Part shown: positions 27,465-40,902 of the stretch, one piece after another
Layout of the letters: each line of letters starts with the position of its first letter
Numbering within the stretch: the first letter of the stretch is position 1
NCBI RefSeq assembly: GCF_006345805.1
Contig: NC_043012.1
Coordinates: 6,758,001 to 6,822,000, forward strand
DNA: 64,000 nt
Direction of reading: 5' to 3'
Source of the DNA: Octopus sinensis
Lineage: Eukaryota
The notes under the pieces: model-generated
Told to the model about the DNA's origin: nothing
Database searches by the model: none
What the model saw: the letters and a program-made list of their open reading frames with translations, nothing else
Position numbers and translations under genes: made by a program

Positions 27465-27790
27465 AAAAGTTTTAGTCCAGCGAATCGGCCATACTACTTA
27501 CATTTTTTCGTCTGGTATTTATTCTTTCGGCTGTTAGGGATAATGATCGATTTGTTGCTGATAATAAACTCTTATTAACTCCAAAACCTCCATTTTCGTC
27601 TTCCTTTTACATGAATATAAACTGCAGTTTATATACAAACCTACCAGTTTAAAGAAACCAGTTCCCCCAAAACATTAGGTATTGAACCAGTATTTCCTTG
27701 GATGACGTCATCCATTCATGAGGCTAACATAACTTCTAACTGAATTATATATATATATATATATATAGATACATTTATTTTATATATATA

Positions 27791-28167
27791 CTAGCAGTAT
27801 CGCCCGGCGTTGCTCGGGTTTGTAAGGGAAATAACTATATAAGCATTTTTAGAGAGTTATAGCCAAAAAATAGCAAAAAAATGGAAAAAAAACGATGGTA
27901 AAGTTTTTTTAAATCGTTGACTCATCGTAGACATTTTTAGAGAGTTACTTCCCTTATATAATAGCGAAAAAAATGCATTAAAATGGAAAAAAATGATGGT
28001 AAATTTTTTTTTAAAATCGTAGACTCATGCTAATACCCAGAAGGGCTCGATTTGAATCACGACTATAAGATACCCGGTTTTGGTTAAACTGCACCGCAAA
28101 ATGTGGGAGTAGTTAGGAATCTAAATCGTAGGAGACAGACACACAACCTCTCTTTTATATATAAAGA
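27791..28167 (-). mobile_element. Non-autonomous Helitron, second copy
   Basis: A|TC start, CTAG|T end, hairpin CCCGAGCAACGCCGGG. Confidence 0.88.
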
Positions 28168-28214
28168 TATATACATATTATATATTACACACACACACAC
28201 ACTACGCGCATATA

Positions 28215-28343
28215 CGAGGGTGAGTCGAAAAGTAATGCCATTTTGTTTAGGACATGTATAATTTCCAACACAGGAACATGTATCATACATCAAAATGAAG
28301 CTGGTCCTCTATGGATCATATCCCTACTTCTCAACATAGTCAC
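28215..28343 (-). mobile_element. 3' end of a mariner element
   Basis: TA|CGAGGGTGAGTCGAAAAGTAATGCC TIR-like end; minus strand encodes DYVEK*, the typical mariner C-terminus. Confidence 0.6.
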
Positions 28344-28344
28344 T

Positions 28345-28595
28345 GTTGACAATATTCCCCCCCAAAAAAGTCTTCCCGATTAAGCGCAAGTTCTCCAGCT
28401 GTTTTGCCACCATTGTCCAGCCAGTTCTTGATTTATCCATCTTTGCCCACCTCTTGATCTCTTCTGCCCTCTATTCTTCCTTCCATGCTAACATTTTCCA
28501 GACTTCTGCTTCTTCGAATATGGTCATAATGGATGAGCTCTTGTTTTTCCAGTCTTCAGGAGTTGTCTTTCATCCACTTGTTAAAACATCTCTTT
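28345..28595 (-). mobile_element. Decayed RTE-clade LINE C-terminal fragment
   Basis: LIHYDHIRRSRSLENVSMEGRIEGRR resembles RTE YFGHI.R..SLEK.IM.G.IEGKR. Confidence 0.65.
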
Positions 28596-28605
28596 ATTTC
28601 ATAAT

Positions 28606-29083
28606 ACAGTTCTATATTTAAGAGACATGGAATTATGTACATTATTTACATTCGACGGATATTTGTCCTCATCTTGTTTGTTGTTAACCCAACATTTCGG
28701 CTGATATACCCTCCAGCCTTCTTCAGGTGTCTTGGGGAAATTTCGAACCTGGGTTCTCATTCCCAAGGTATTTTCGATATCATTATTATTATTTTTTTTT
28801 TTATTGTTCAGGTCACTGCTTGGAATCGAACTATGCCATATGCCCGTGGGCATATGACGTAGTGGTTAAGAGCACGGGTTACTAACCCCAAGATTCCGAG
28901 TTCGATTCCAAGCAGTAACCTGAACAATAACATCGAAAAATACCTTAGGAATAAGAACCCAGGTTCGAAATTTTCCCAAGACACCTGATGAAGACTGGAG
29001 AGTATATCAGCCGAAACGTTGTGTTAACAACAAACAAGATGAGGACAAATAACTGTCAAATGTAAATAATGTAAATAATGTAC
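28606..29083. mobile_element. Family E element: head-to-head palindrome with tRNA heads and hammerhead motifs
   Basis: Symmetry centre CATATGCCC-GT-GGGCATATG (centre 28846-47); full plus arm 28848-29083; minus arm with partly deleted head. Confidence 0.88.
28980..29025 (+). ncRNA. Minimal type I hammerhead motif (family E), predicted cleavage after GUU (29020)
   Basis: GACAC-CTGATGA-A-GACTG..CAGCC-GAAA-CG-TT-GTGTT; stem I GACAC/GUGUU; palindromic ACGU stem III; one stem II mismatch in this copy. Confidence 0.72.
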
Positions 29084-29686
29084 TTGCTTATTTGTCCGAT
29101 GGTCCTTGTAATAAACACGTAACATCCTCCTATATCCCCAACCTTTCCATCGCATTGATTATGTTCTCTTCAAATTTGCCCACAGTTGATATAATGTCTA
29201 ATGTCCTTTAGGGATCAATAGGAGAAAGCGCCGGTCAAGAAACGGGGGCGATACTATCGACTAACTCCTCAAATTGCTGGCCTTGTGCCCAAATTAGAAA
29301 GCATTTGGGCATAACTAAACATGTGTCCCCACTGGACATTTGTGTCCTCATAACTTTCTGAAGAATGTATATTAAAATGAAAAATATTCTACAAATACTT
29401 ATCAGATGGTGTAGATTACGATTATGCCGGAATTTTGAGGTGAAAAAGAAATTTGTTGGCGGTGGGGAGTGTTTCGGATAATTCACACATCTTGGCTTTG
29501 TTTTCTTCATAAACTTTCCGAAAAAGAAAAATGGATAAATTTTTTAAGATGAAATTTCGTATAAACACGCTTCAGATTTTTTCTTTCTTTTTTGTTGGAG
29601 TAGATAATTCACACACCACATCAAACTGTATGAGGAAACAAAGTTAAAACGCGAGAAATATGCACTCCACTCCACTCCGCTCCTAT

Positions 29687-29833
<147 letters not shown>

Positions 29834-30454
29834 TTGTTTATTTATTAATTCATTCCACAACAAATTCCTACATAACTATATAATCTTTACCATCTGAAAT
29901 GTAATTGTAAAAGAAAATTTCATTCAAGAATATCCATTTTTCAGAAAGTTATGAGAAAACAAATTCGAGGTGTGTGAATTATCCAAAACTCCCCACCCAC
30001 CCGCCAACCCCCGAAAAAACTTTTCGGCAACAAATTCTTATATAATCAGAATAGGATCTTGTTAAATTTCTTCTAACAACTTGAAGTTTTCCAATTTTTC
30101 ACCAGATTATTCAAAAAAACAATGTAATAACTGATGTAGTTTTGCATGCTGACGACGAAACTCTCGTTCGTTTTTTCATCTTAGAAATTACACGCATTTG
30201 ATGTTATGTAATCTTAGCCAATGGAAAACCGCCATTGCTGACATATCGTGTGTGCTGATCTTCATTGCCATGGAGATCAGATCGCACAAAGCTTTTACGT
30301 GGTCTCTCTCTCGACATGCTAGAAATAACAGTGAAATCTTATTTAATTCTTTTGAGACACACATTGTTTTGGTATGTGTAGCCAAAAATACCAAAATGTT
30401 TTTTTGCTTTTTTTGGTTGAAGCTGAAAATGATGGGTGCTTGTAGAAAACAATG

Positions 30455-30871
30455 GGATCTTTTCGGTTTGAACGGCAGATTTTAAAAATAATTTCCACGT
30501 AACTAAACACTTTTAAACTTCGTATACTGATAGAATGTGTTTATAAAACATCTTTTTCTCTTGGCTTTATTGAGAAAATTCTATAGTTTGTAAGAGATTG
30601 GTTGTTTTTTTTTTCTTCAATTTCTGCAATTTCAACCAATCAATGAGGTCTATTGAGGTGAAAACATTCTGTGCCGTATGAATATGTCCCTCGTTTAAGA
30701 AACAGATTGGATTTATTTACATTTCTGAAGAAAAAAAGATATCCTTCCCCCCACCCCTAACCCTAACCCTAAAACAGATTGAAATGCCATAGATCAATAC
30801 TAGGGTCATAATTATGGGTGACAATTTCATATGACCGCTTGAAAAAACTGCCGTTCAAACAGAAAAGATCC
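30455..30871 (+). mobile_element. MITE, same family as 27049
   Basis: TIRs present; TSD AAACAATG/AAACAAGG (7/8). Confidence 0.9.
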
Positions 30872-31376
30872 AAACAAGGGATAAAGTGCCTAAAACTACT
30901 TTATAAGAATGTAAAACTATATATATTATATGGTTTTATAAAATTATATCAACTGAAAGACGATTTCTGATTGGTTATTACACTTCAAAACATTTGCTTC
31001 ATCGAACTGGCCCATTGGCCTCCATGTCTTTTCAGTTTGTATTATTTGGGTCGGTCAATCAGCCTGGGTGTCCCAAGAAGATTAAATTACAAATTAACAT
31101 CTAAAATGATAAAAGTAAAAAAAAAGGGACGAAGGATTGTGCCGCGACCCCGTTTATCTCCTCGCTTAAGGCAGACCCAAATACTTTCCACTTGTTGAGA
31201 GTTGTTAATAACATCTGAATTCAAGTCAATCTCAACGGATTTTGTCTCATCAAATTTGCAACCCTCAAAACACTTACTGTGCACCGTTGATCAATATGAA
31301 ATGGACATTTTTTTTTTCTTGTGATAAATAGTAAAGAAAGTTTGGTGGTGGGGAAAGAATTTGTTGAAAGAAAAAG

Positions 31377-31932
31377 GGAATCTTTTCGGTTTGAACGGCA
31401 GTTTTTAACATAATTTCTAGGTAACTAAAAATTTTAAACTTCGTATACTGGTAAAATGTGTTTATAAAACATCATTTTCTCTTGGCTTTATTGAGAAAAT
31501 TCTATAGTTTGTAAGATATTTGTTGGTTTTTTCTTCAATTTCTGCAATTTCAACCAATCAGAGACGTCTATTGAGTTAAAAAGCATTCTGTGCCGTATGA
31601 ATATGTCCCTCGTTTAAGAAACCGATTGGGTTTATTTACATTTGTGAAGAAAAAAAGATACCCTTCTCCCCACGTCTAACCCTAACCCTAACCCTAAAGG
31701 AGATTGAAATGCAATAGATCGATTCTAGGGTCATAATTATGGGTGACAATTTCATATGACACCGCTAGAAAAAACTGCCATTCAAACCGAAAAGATCCAA
31801 AAAGATACCCTTCCCCCTCCCCTAACCCTAAAACAGATTGAAATTCAATAGATCGATACTAGGGTCATACTTATGGGTTACAATTTCATAAGACACCGCT
31901 AGAAAAAACTGCCGGTCAAACCGAAAAGATCC
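31377..31932 (+). mobile_element. MITE, same family, with tandem-duplicated 3' ~135 bp (two right TIRs)
   Basis: Right TIR ends at 31798 and again at 31932. Confidence 0.85.
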
Positions 31933-32738
31933 TAATATCCTAACAACCTAATATCCTAACAAGCCGATCACAAGGAGGAAAGGTGTTCATCTCCATTTTG
32001 GATAAAACACACATATGGCGGACAGTTTCTGTCTACCAAATATACTCACGAGACTATGAATCGGCCCAGAGCTATAGTTAAAGACACTTGCCCAAGGTGC
32101 CGCGCAGTGGGACTGAACCTAAGGGCCGCATTGTTGAGAAATAAGCATTCTAACCACACAGCTATGCCTCCGTAGAATTTTCCATTATTTTCAAGTTTAA
32201 TTGAACGAAGGAGGTAGACTTCCATAGAGAAAGAAAATGGCTAAAAATTGAGTAGTTGTTTCCTTCATTTCTTTTAATATTCTTGCGCAACGGGAATTGT
32301 GAAGGAATTTTTCTTCCAAAAGGATTTCCTTTTTTTCACATTTTTGTTCCCTAATTCCATGCCTTTTTTTCTTCTTCATGGGGTAATGATAGCTATGCAG
32401 AAAGTTCACCACAAATGCAGTGTATATTTCAATAGAAATACGATTAAAAAGAAAAGATTTAACTCGCGATGTGAACATTACTACATACGAAAATATTGAA
32501 ATGCCGAACCTAACAATGATAGCTGGGCCACAAATAAAGATCGCTTTTGGGGTTTTTAGTTTTATATTTATTCTTTTACTTAATGTATGCGTCGAAATCA
32601 TGTTAGGGTTGACTCAGGGATCAATTTCAAGTGGAGTCAGTTAATATTGCAATGGCCCCCTTTCCCAAAGAGATACTGACCGCGAGCCCTAAATAAATAT
32701 AATATAATATAATGTAATATAATATAATATAATACAAC

Positions 32739-32770
<32 letters not shown>

Positions 32771-32786
32771 ATACATATATACATAC

Positions 32787-32879
<93 letters not shown>

Positions 32880-33444
32880 CTTACACACATATGTATACGT
32901 GAAAGATCTATATGTATGTATGCATGCGTGTGCTTGTGTGGGCTTATGAAAAATTAATCGATATATTACTGTTAGAACCAATCAGTTTTCGTAAATATAG
33001 AAAGCAAAGGGGAGACCGGAAGTCTAAACACGTGTTCACAAACACAATTTATTTTCTGTGTGCAACAAAGCATGTAAATTATAAATAAACACAAAGGATA
33101 TCCCCGCTCTCTCTCTTATCTTCTGTGTTTTTTTCTTTATTGTGGTTTTACGCTTTTTAGCCTCGCATTAAATAAATATCCTGTTGGTATTTTGTTAGGG
33201 TGCATGCCTAGCCTTTTTAAAAAACATTTTTTTATTATTTTTTTTTTTACATTTTTTTAATATAAATACAATCCTTTGAACAAATATAAGGGATTGAAAC
33301 TGATTGTGAATAATGTCTTGTTTAGTTGTTTGTTATTCTCAAAGGGATGGGGTTAAAAGAAATTGTTGATTTTCTTTTTCCGTTTATGTTTTAAAAATGG
33401 ACTGAAATAATAAATGAACAAATAGCAGAATTTATAGAGAAAAA

Positions 33445-33500
33445 TACATACATACATACATACATACATACATACATACATACATACACACACACATACA

Positions 33501-33534
<34 letters not shown>

Positions 33535-33639
33535 CATAAATACATACATACATACATATATACATACTTACATACATACATATATACATACATATATACA
33601 TAAATACATACATACATAATATATACATAAATACATACA

Positions 33640-33673
<34 letters not shown>

Positions 33674-33719
33674 CATAAATACATACATACACACACACAC
33701 ACATACATACATACATACA

Positions 33720-33753
<34 letters not shown>

Positions 33754-33914
33754 CATAAATACATACATACATACATACATACATACATACATACATACAT
33801 ACATACATACATACATACATACACACACACATACAGACATACATACATACATACATACATACATACATACATACATACATACATACATACATGCATGCAT
33901 ACATACATACATAC
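33445..33914. repeat. (TACA)n microsatellite
   Basis: Direct reading. Confidence 0.95.
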
Positions 33915-34251
33915 AGGCAGACAGACAGACACAGACAAACAGACAGAGCGGGAAAGATTGGGAGAGGCACTCTTCATGGAATAATGATTGCATGGACATA
34001 ATTTTACAAATGGTGAGCGGGGGGATGTATTTCCTTTTTATCGATCCCTTCAACTATTTCATTGGTAACTTATTTTATCGATTCCAGACGGATAAATGGA
34101 AAATTCAACTCCGAAGGGATTCCAATCGGAGAGTAAAATAGTTTCATTGTGAGAGGAGGAGAGTAGTCGATTACGTCGACCCCCAGTGCTCGATTGGTAT
34201 TTCTTGTATCGAACCCGAAAAGATGAAAGGGAACGTCAACCTCGGAATTTG

Positions 34252-34664
34252 GGATCTTTTCGGTCTGAACGGCAGTTTTTTCTAGCGGTGTCATATGAAA
34301 TTGTCACCCATAATTATGACCCTAGTATCGATCTATTGCATTTCAATCTGTTTTAGGGTTAGGGGTGGGGGGAAGGGTATCTTTTTTTCTTCACAAATGT
34401 AAATAAACCCAATCTGTTTCTTAAACGAGGGACATATTCATATGGCACAGAATGTTCTTTACCTCAATAGACGTAATTGATTGGTTGAAATTGCAGAAAT
34501 TGAAGAAAAAAACTCACAAATATCTTACAAACTATAGAATTTTCTCAATAAAGCCAAGAGAAAAAGATGTTTTATAAACACATTCTACCAGTATACGAAG
34601 TTTAAAAGTGTTTAGTTAGGTGGAAATTATTTTTAAAAAACTGCTATTCAAACCGAAAAGATCC
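34252..34664 (-). mobile_element. MITE, same family, opposite orientation; no TSD seen
   Basis: Reverse complement of the 27049 copy; left flank is a truncated SINE B. Confidence 0.88.
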
Positions 34665-34693
34665 CAAAAATTATATCAGCTAAGCAAATGGTC

Positions 34694-34784
34694 AGATCTT
34701 TTCGGTTTGAACGGCAGTTTGTAACATAATTTTTTAGTTACCTTGAAATTATGTTACAAACTGCCGTTCAAACCGAAAAGATCC
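34694..34784. mobile_element. 91-bp hairpin mini-MITE of the same TIR family
   Basis: Near-perfect palindrome; TSD AAATGGTC at 34686-93 and 34785-92. Confidence 0.9.
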
Positions 34785-35277
34785 AAATGGTCTTCTCTTA
34801 AATGTATCGAAGGCATTATAACATAATCTGATCACTATTTCAGAAAATTATCGCCGTTGTCTTTGAGCATTTTAAAGGCAAATTTGGCCGGGGCAGAATG
34901 AGTAAGCCACGATAAGGTAAATTTGCTGCTTCAGTTATTTAGAAAACAGACACATACACATCAATATCCATCCCTAGACATTAGAAAGATCAGAAATACA
35001 AAATATTCTTTAAATATCTAGGTTAACTGAAAGAGGATCAGGGGAAAATGGTACATGATATGAAATTAACGAAACTCGACTGACTACATAAAAAAAAAAA
35101 AACCCAACATAAAATATTCTCTGTATCTTCTTCACGATCTGTTGGAGTATTCTCTTTATGATATATTTACTCACTGTGCAGTTAAAGAGAAGAAGTTATT
35201 GAAATTAGGCATTACTCATTATACCCCGTTTTAAACAGCATTGGGAGAAAATTGTTTTGGAATCCAACAAAGAAAAG

Positions 35278-35762
35278 AATATTCTTTTCTAGTCTAGGTA
35301 CAAGGCCCGAAATGTTTGGAGAGGGGGCCAGTCGATTAGATCGAACCCAGTACACAACTGGTACTTAATTTATCGACCTCGAAAGGATGAAAGGCAAAGT
35401 CGACCTCGGCGGAATTTGAACTCAGAACATAAAGACAGACGAAAGAAAAGAATATTGATTGTTAAACACCAAAAATTATCCAGATATTTTATTAGCAAAA
35501 TCAATTGGGTCAAAGTTGAGGAAAAATTTCTTGAAGAAAAAAAAGAGGGACCGGCCACCTGAGTATGTTTCAGACTCTCTCAACTTCAACAACAACAACA
35601 ACTATGCTGACCAATTCTTATTCCTAAATATAATCTTTTCTACTCTAAGCACAAGACCCGAAATTTTGGGAGAGGGGCCAGTCGATTAGATCGACCTCAG
35701 TACACGACTGGTACTTAATTTATCGACTTCGAAAGGATGAAAAGCAAAGTCGACCTCGGTGG
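35278..35762 (-). mobile_element. Two 5'-truncated SINE B copies (35278-35445, 35633-35762)
   Basis: Homology to other B copies. Confidence 0.82.
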
Positions 35763-35982
35763 TGTGTGTTTTATATTGGATGTTTTATATTGGATGTAAT
35801 TTATTATCGGTTGTTATAATGGAGATAGCTTTTGTTCATTGAAATCCTGTTGAAAACAGTTTAAGTCTATTCAACGTTTCAATTCTTTATTGATCAAACT
35901 TTTATACAAGACAAGAAGTCTTGTATTAAAGTTATTTTGACGCTTGAGTAGGAATACACACACACACGCACGCACACACACG

Positions 35983-36014
<32 letters not shown>

Positions 36015-36234
36015 TTTATGTGTGAACGTATTTACTCACGTATATAATTTTCGTATTTATTCACACGCATACATACGTACATAATGTTTAAAGTTTTAAT
36101 TAATTTTTGTTTAAATATCTGCCATTGAATACGGTAATTTTAATTAGATCTTATCTGAAATCATTCAATGTTGTTCTTCTCAGAGTGAAAATGCGAGACA
36201 GATAGTTAGATAGATAAGACAGATAGTTAGATAG

Positions 36235-36299
<65 letters not shown>

Positions 36300-36596
36300 A
36301 GAGAGACGATATGAAATAGAATGTTTTGTGACAACTTGAATGGAAATAATTATATCTCGGGTCTTTTATCATTTAATTGTTTCAGTCACAGGACTGCGGC
36401 CATGCTGGAACACCACTTTGAATAATCATAGTCGAACGAATCGACTCCAGAAGTTATTTGTTTGAGCCTGCCTCTTATTCTATTGATGTCTTAACCGAAC
36501 AGCTATGTCACGGGGACATTAACACATCAACACTGGTTGTCAAGCGTTGTTGGGGAACAAACAAACAAACACACACACATACACACACACCTTATG

Positions 36597-36662
<66 letters not shown>

Positions 36663-37780
36663 CGCTCAGTCGAAGTCGACTCTCGGTCACTCGTTGGATC
36701 AGTGTCCTCCAGTCAGTTCAATCCTGGGTCGCTTCTTTCAAATTGGCTATGTCCATTCCGGTATCCCTCTCGATGGTGTCAAGCCAGCGGGTTCTTGATC
36801 GGCCTCTTCCTCTCTTGCCACTGACCATTCCGAGCATGATGTCCTTCTCCAGGGATTTTCTCCGGATAATATGACCGAAATATGCCAATCTATGCTTGGT
36901 GATCTTAGCTTCTAGCGACATTTTCGGCCTGATCTGCTTAAGAACTTCTCCATTGGTAAGCCTCGCTGTCCATGGAATCTGTAAAAGTCTTCTCCAGGAC
37001 CAAAGCTCGAATGCACTAATTCTCTTCTGGTCAGCTTTCTTTAGTGTCCAGGCCTCGCATCCATATGTTGCTATTGGGAAGACAATTGCATTTACCAATC
37101 CGCATTTGGTAGCGAGTCTGATGTCTCTACTCTTCCAGACCCTGCTCATGCTGACCATTGCCTCTCTGCCTAGTACTATCCGCTGTCTTATTTCTGGAGT
37201 GCAGTCACCATCTCGATTTATTTTGAAGCCAAGGAAGATGAAATCATCAACCACTTCGATCTCTTCATTATCGATCTTGATGCTGATGTTTGTTGTGGCT
37301 GCTGTTGACATGATCTTCGTTTTCTTGACATTGAGGTACAGTCCAAATTTCTCACTCTCTTTCTTGACCAGCAGGACAAGATCCTCCAGATCCTTACCAC
37401 TCTCCGCCAGCAGGGTTGTATCACCTGCATAGCGAAGGTTATTAATATTTCTTCCTCCAATCCTCACTCCAATGCTGCTATCCTCCTGGCCTACATTCCT
37501 CATGACCTTTTCAGCGTACATGTTGAAGGCTGCTGGTGACAGGATGCAACCTTGCCGAGTGCCTTTTCCAATCTCAAACCAATCAGTGTCGCCATATGGT
37601 GTCCGTACTGTAGCCTCTTGGTTTTGATAGAGTTATCTAATAAGCTGGACAAGGTGTTCCCATTTCCTCCAGACATTTCCATAACTTGTCATGATCAATG
37701 CTGTCAAAGGCTTTGGAGTAATCGATGAAACACATGTACAGCTTCTTTTGGTATTCTCTTGCCTTTTCCATAATCCACCG
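36597..37780 (-). mobile_element. 5'-truncated RTE (BovB-like) LINE with RT remnant and (ATAG)n tail
   Basis: MCFIDYSKAFDSIDH; GRNINNLRYAGDTTLL (YADD mutated); GLYLNVKKTKIM; YGCEAWTLKKAD; YFGHIIR..SLEKDIMLG..GRSRTRWLD; one frameshift upstream of ORF 36718..37521. Confidence 0.95.
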
Positions 37781-38092
37781 TAGCTAGGGTAATATCCCAG
37801 CTGTGTCCTCTTGAGTCATGTCCTCTTATTCCAGTCTTGTAATCCAATATGTAGTTGTATTGACATGAGGTACATATTAGAGTTGGCATTTTAGAAATAT
37901 CGTTTGCAGAATTCTTATATAACGAAGCAGGAAGTGGGAAAATGTTATTATTTGTTTCTCTGTCTGAAAAACTTCTGATAGGAAATGTCCTACATGTTTT
38001 TTCCAGCATGTACAACTTTCTGATTCCTATTAGCTAACGAAACATCTGTAATGCTGAATAAATAATACGAAATTTTCAGCATCCTGTTTTGT

Positions 38093-38154
<62 letters not shown>

Positions 38155-38867
38155 GTGTGTGTGTGTGTCTGAGAACATTCCGAAGAAAATCTTGAAGAAA
38201 GAAAATATAATGAGAAAGTGAGAGACTGGATGAATAAGAGAGGGGAGAAAGGGTGTGATAGGGAGAGAGAGAGAGAGAGAGGGGTGGGGGATTTGGTTTG
38301 CGATACGATAGTGTTTCACACTTAGGCACAAGGCCAGGGATTTCAGCTGGAAACGTTTTAATCAATGACATCGATCACAATATTTATCTGGTATTTTATT
38401 TCATGGACTCCGGAGATATGAAAGGCAAGGTCGACGTCGGTGAGATTTGAACCCAGGACGAAAACAACCGGAACGAATGTTGTACAATTATTTTATTTGA
38501 TGTTCCAACAATTTCTGCCAAATCACCTCCACGAGGACAACATTAGGTTTACAATTAGGTTTACAGTTCGGTGTGCATGTAGATGTGTTATGCATTGGAA
38601 ATATATAGAGGTGTATGGAAGACGAAAGGCGCAAAAATAAGCAATGAAATAAAATGGTAATGGGAGACTGCCAGACTTTTGCGTATGTGTGAATGTGTAT
38701 ACGTATATAGGCGGAGGTAAAGAAAATGTACACCACCGGTTTTCGGCGTAACAAAAACCCTAACCCTAAAACTAAAACTAAGCCTAAACCCTAACCCTTA
38801 AACACCGGGTGTACGTATTCTTTACACGTAGAGATGGATTGATGGGTTCGTGGAAGATATGTATTCG

Positions 38868-39025
38868 CAGTACCGTCTTAAGGTATGGGCACAATGTTGA
38901 CCTGGATTATCACGTGTCTAAGGGGCCAGTTCGGATCTTGCATATTGTGACTTGCTGTCAATAAACACTTATGCGGCCAAAGGCTTTTTTGTACGGTTGC
39001 TTATAAAGCTGTTAAGACGGCCCTG
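38868..39025. mobile_element. Small hAT-like MITE (~158 bp)
   Basis: Ends CAGTACCGTCTTAA / TTAAGACGGCCCTG; flanking 8-mers match only 5/8. Confidence 0.5.
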
Positions 39026-40260
39026 CCTATGCGCGAGTGCACGTGCATTTGTCTGTCTGTGTTCGCACTTAAGTACACGCGCGTGAGTACAGGCATGTAT
39101 AGGCGTTCCTGTAGAGTAGAGTCGGAATTCCTTCGGGTGTATATATTTTAAGCATTGTAAATTGCAATTCTACATATGTTTGTGTGTGTGTACATACATA
39201 CGTACGTGCGTGCATGCATGCACACACAGACACACGCACACACACACACACACTCACACACATATGGACACACAAATATATTGATTTTTGCAACCCCTCT
39301 TCTGTAATTTTACAGTCTTGACTTTCTTTTTTACAATGTTTTTTCCCTTCGAATTTTTTTTATTTTTAAATATCTGAAGTTATGATTCTTCTAAAATTAT
39401 TTTAACGATAATATCTGAAAAGATTTAGGAGGAACAGTCGAAAATATATTAGAAATGTATTTGAAATGATTTCATTCGATATATTTAATTATATTATAAA
39501 TATTTAATAAAATCGAATTGCATCGTAATTTTATGGTTAAATATTTAAGAAATTGATTTAGTTAAAGATCATTTATTACCCTAAATTATTTCAAAATTTA
39601 TGTCATATTGATTTCTAAACTCAACGTGCACAAGGCCTCAAACTCAAGGGAAAGGCTATAGGCGATTAAATCGAACCCTGTACTTGACTGGTAATCATGT
39701 TATTGATCTTCAGAAGAAGGACGGTCAAAAATTATCATATGTATATATGCATACACTCAAAACATTACGTGTGTGTGTGCAGTAATCCCTCGCAATATCG
39801 CGGTTTATTATTTAAGCTTACGTCGATTCCTCCGCGGTGTTGTTTTGCATTTATAATAAAATAAATATATATGAATTATGAAAATAATATTAAAAAAAAT
39901 ATACAGTTCAGTACTGTTTCTACTTCGTTGATTTTCACCTATTGCAGTGAAGGCGGTGGGGTGGCACGTAACACCCGCGGTAGTCGAGGGATTACTGTAT
40001 ACACTTATATACAAAGTGTATCAGGTATTTAACAAAATTTATGGGACCATAAAAGGAGGACAAAGTGATGTAGTAGGCACAGGAGTGACTGTGTGGTATG
40101 AAGCTTGCTTCCCAACCACATGGTTCCGAGTTCAGTCCTACTGCATGGCACCTTGGGCAAGTGTCTTCTACTATAGCCTTGGGCTGACCAAAGCAGATTT
40201 AGTAGACGTGTATATATATATATACATATATGTATATATACATACACATATGTATATGTA

Positions 40261-40455
40261 TTCTCTTATTTGTTTCAGTCATCTGACTGCGACCATACTG
40301 GAGCACTATCTTTAGTCGAGCAAATCGACCCTCGGACTTATTCTTTCTAAGCCTAGTACTTATTCTATTGGTTGCTTTTGCCGAACCGCTAAGTGATGGG
40401 GACGTAAACACACCACCATCGGTTGTCAAGCGATGTTGGGGAGACAAACATACAT

Positions 40456-40504
<49 letters not shown>

Positions 40505-40902
40505 CGACAGGCTTCTTTCAGTTTCCATCTACCAAATCCACTCACAAGGCTTTGGTGGGCCCAAGGCTATAGTAGAAGACACTTGCCCAATGTGCCATGC
40601 TGTGGTACTGGCGACTTGGCAGAATCGTTAGCACGTCGGGCGAAATGCTTAGCGGTATTTCGTCTGGCGCTACATTCCGAGTTCAAATTCCGCCGAGGTC
40701 GACTTTGCCTTTCATCCTTTCGGGGTCGATAAATTAAGTACCAGTTACGCACTGGGGTCGATGTAATCGACTTAATACCTATGTCTGTCCTTGTTTGTCT
40801 CCTCTGTGTTTAGCCCCTTGTGGGTAATAAAGAAATAGGTACTGAACCTGGAACCATGTGGTTGGTAAGCGAGCAACTTACCACACAGCCACTCCTGCGC
40901 CT
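40261..40902 (-). mobile_element. SINE A interrupted by a SINE B (40611-40837, plus strand)
   Basis: GGTACTG duplicated at 40604-10 and 40838-44. Confidence 0.88.

Noticed and set aside
32197-32644. Overlapping ORFs of 66-134 aa
   Set aside because: AT-rich, no homology recognised, no supported splice structure.
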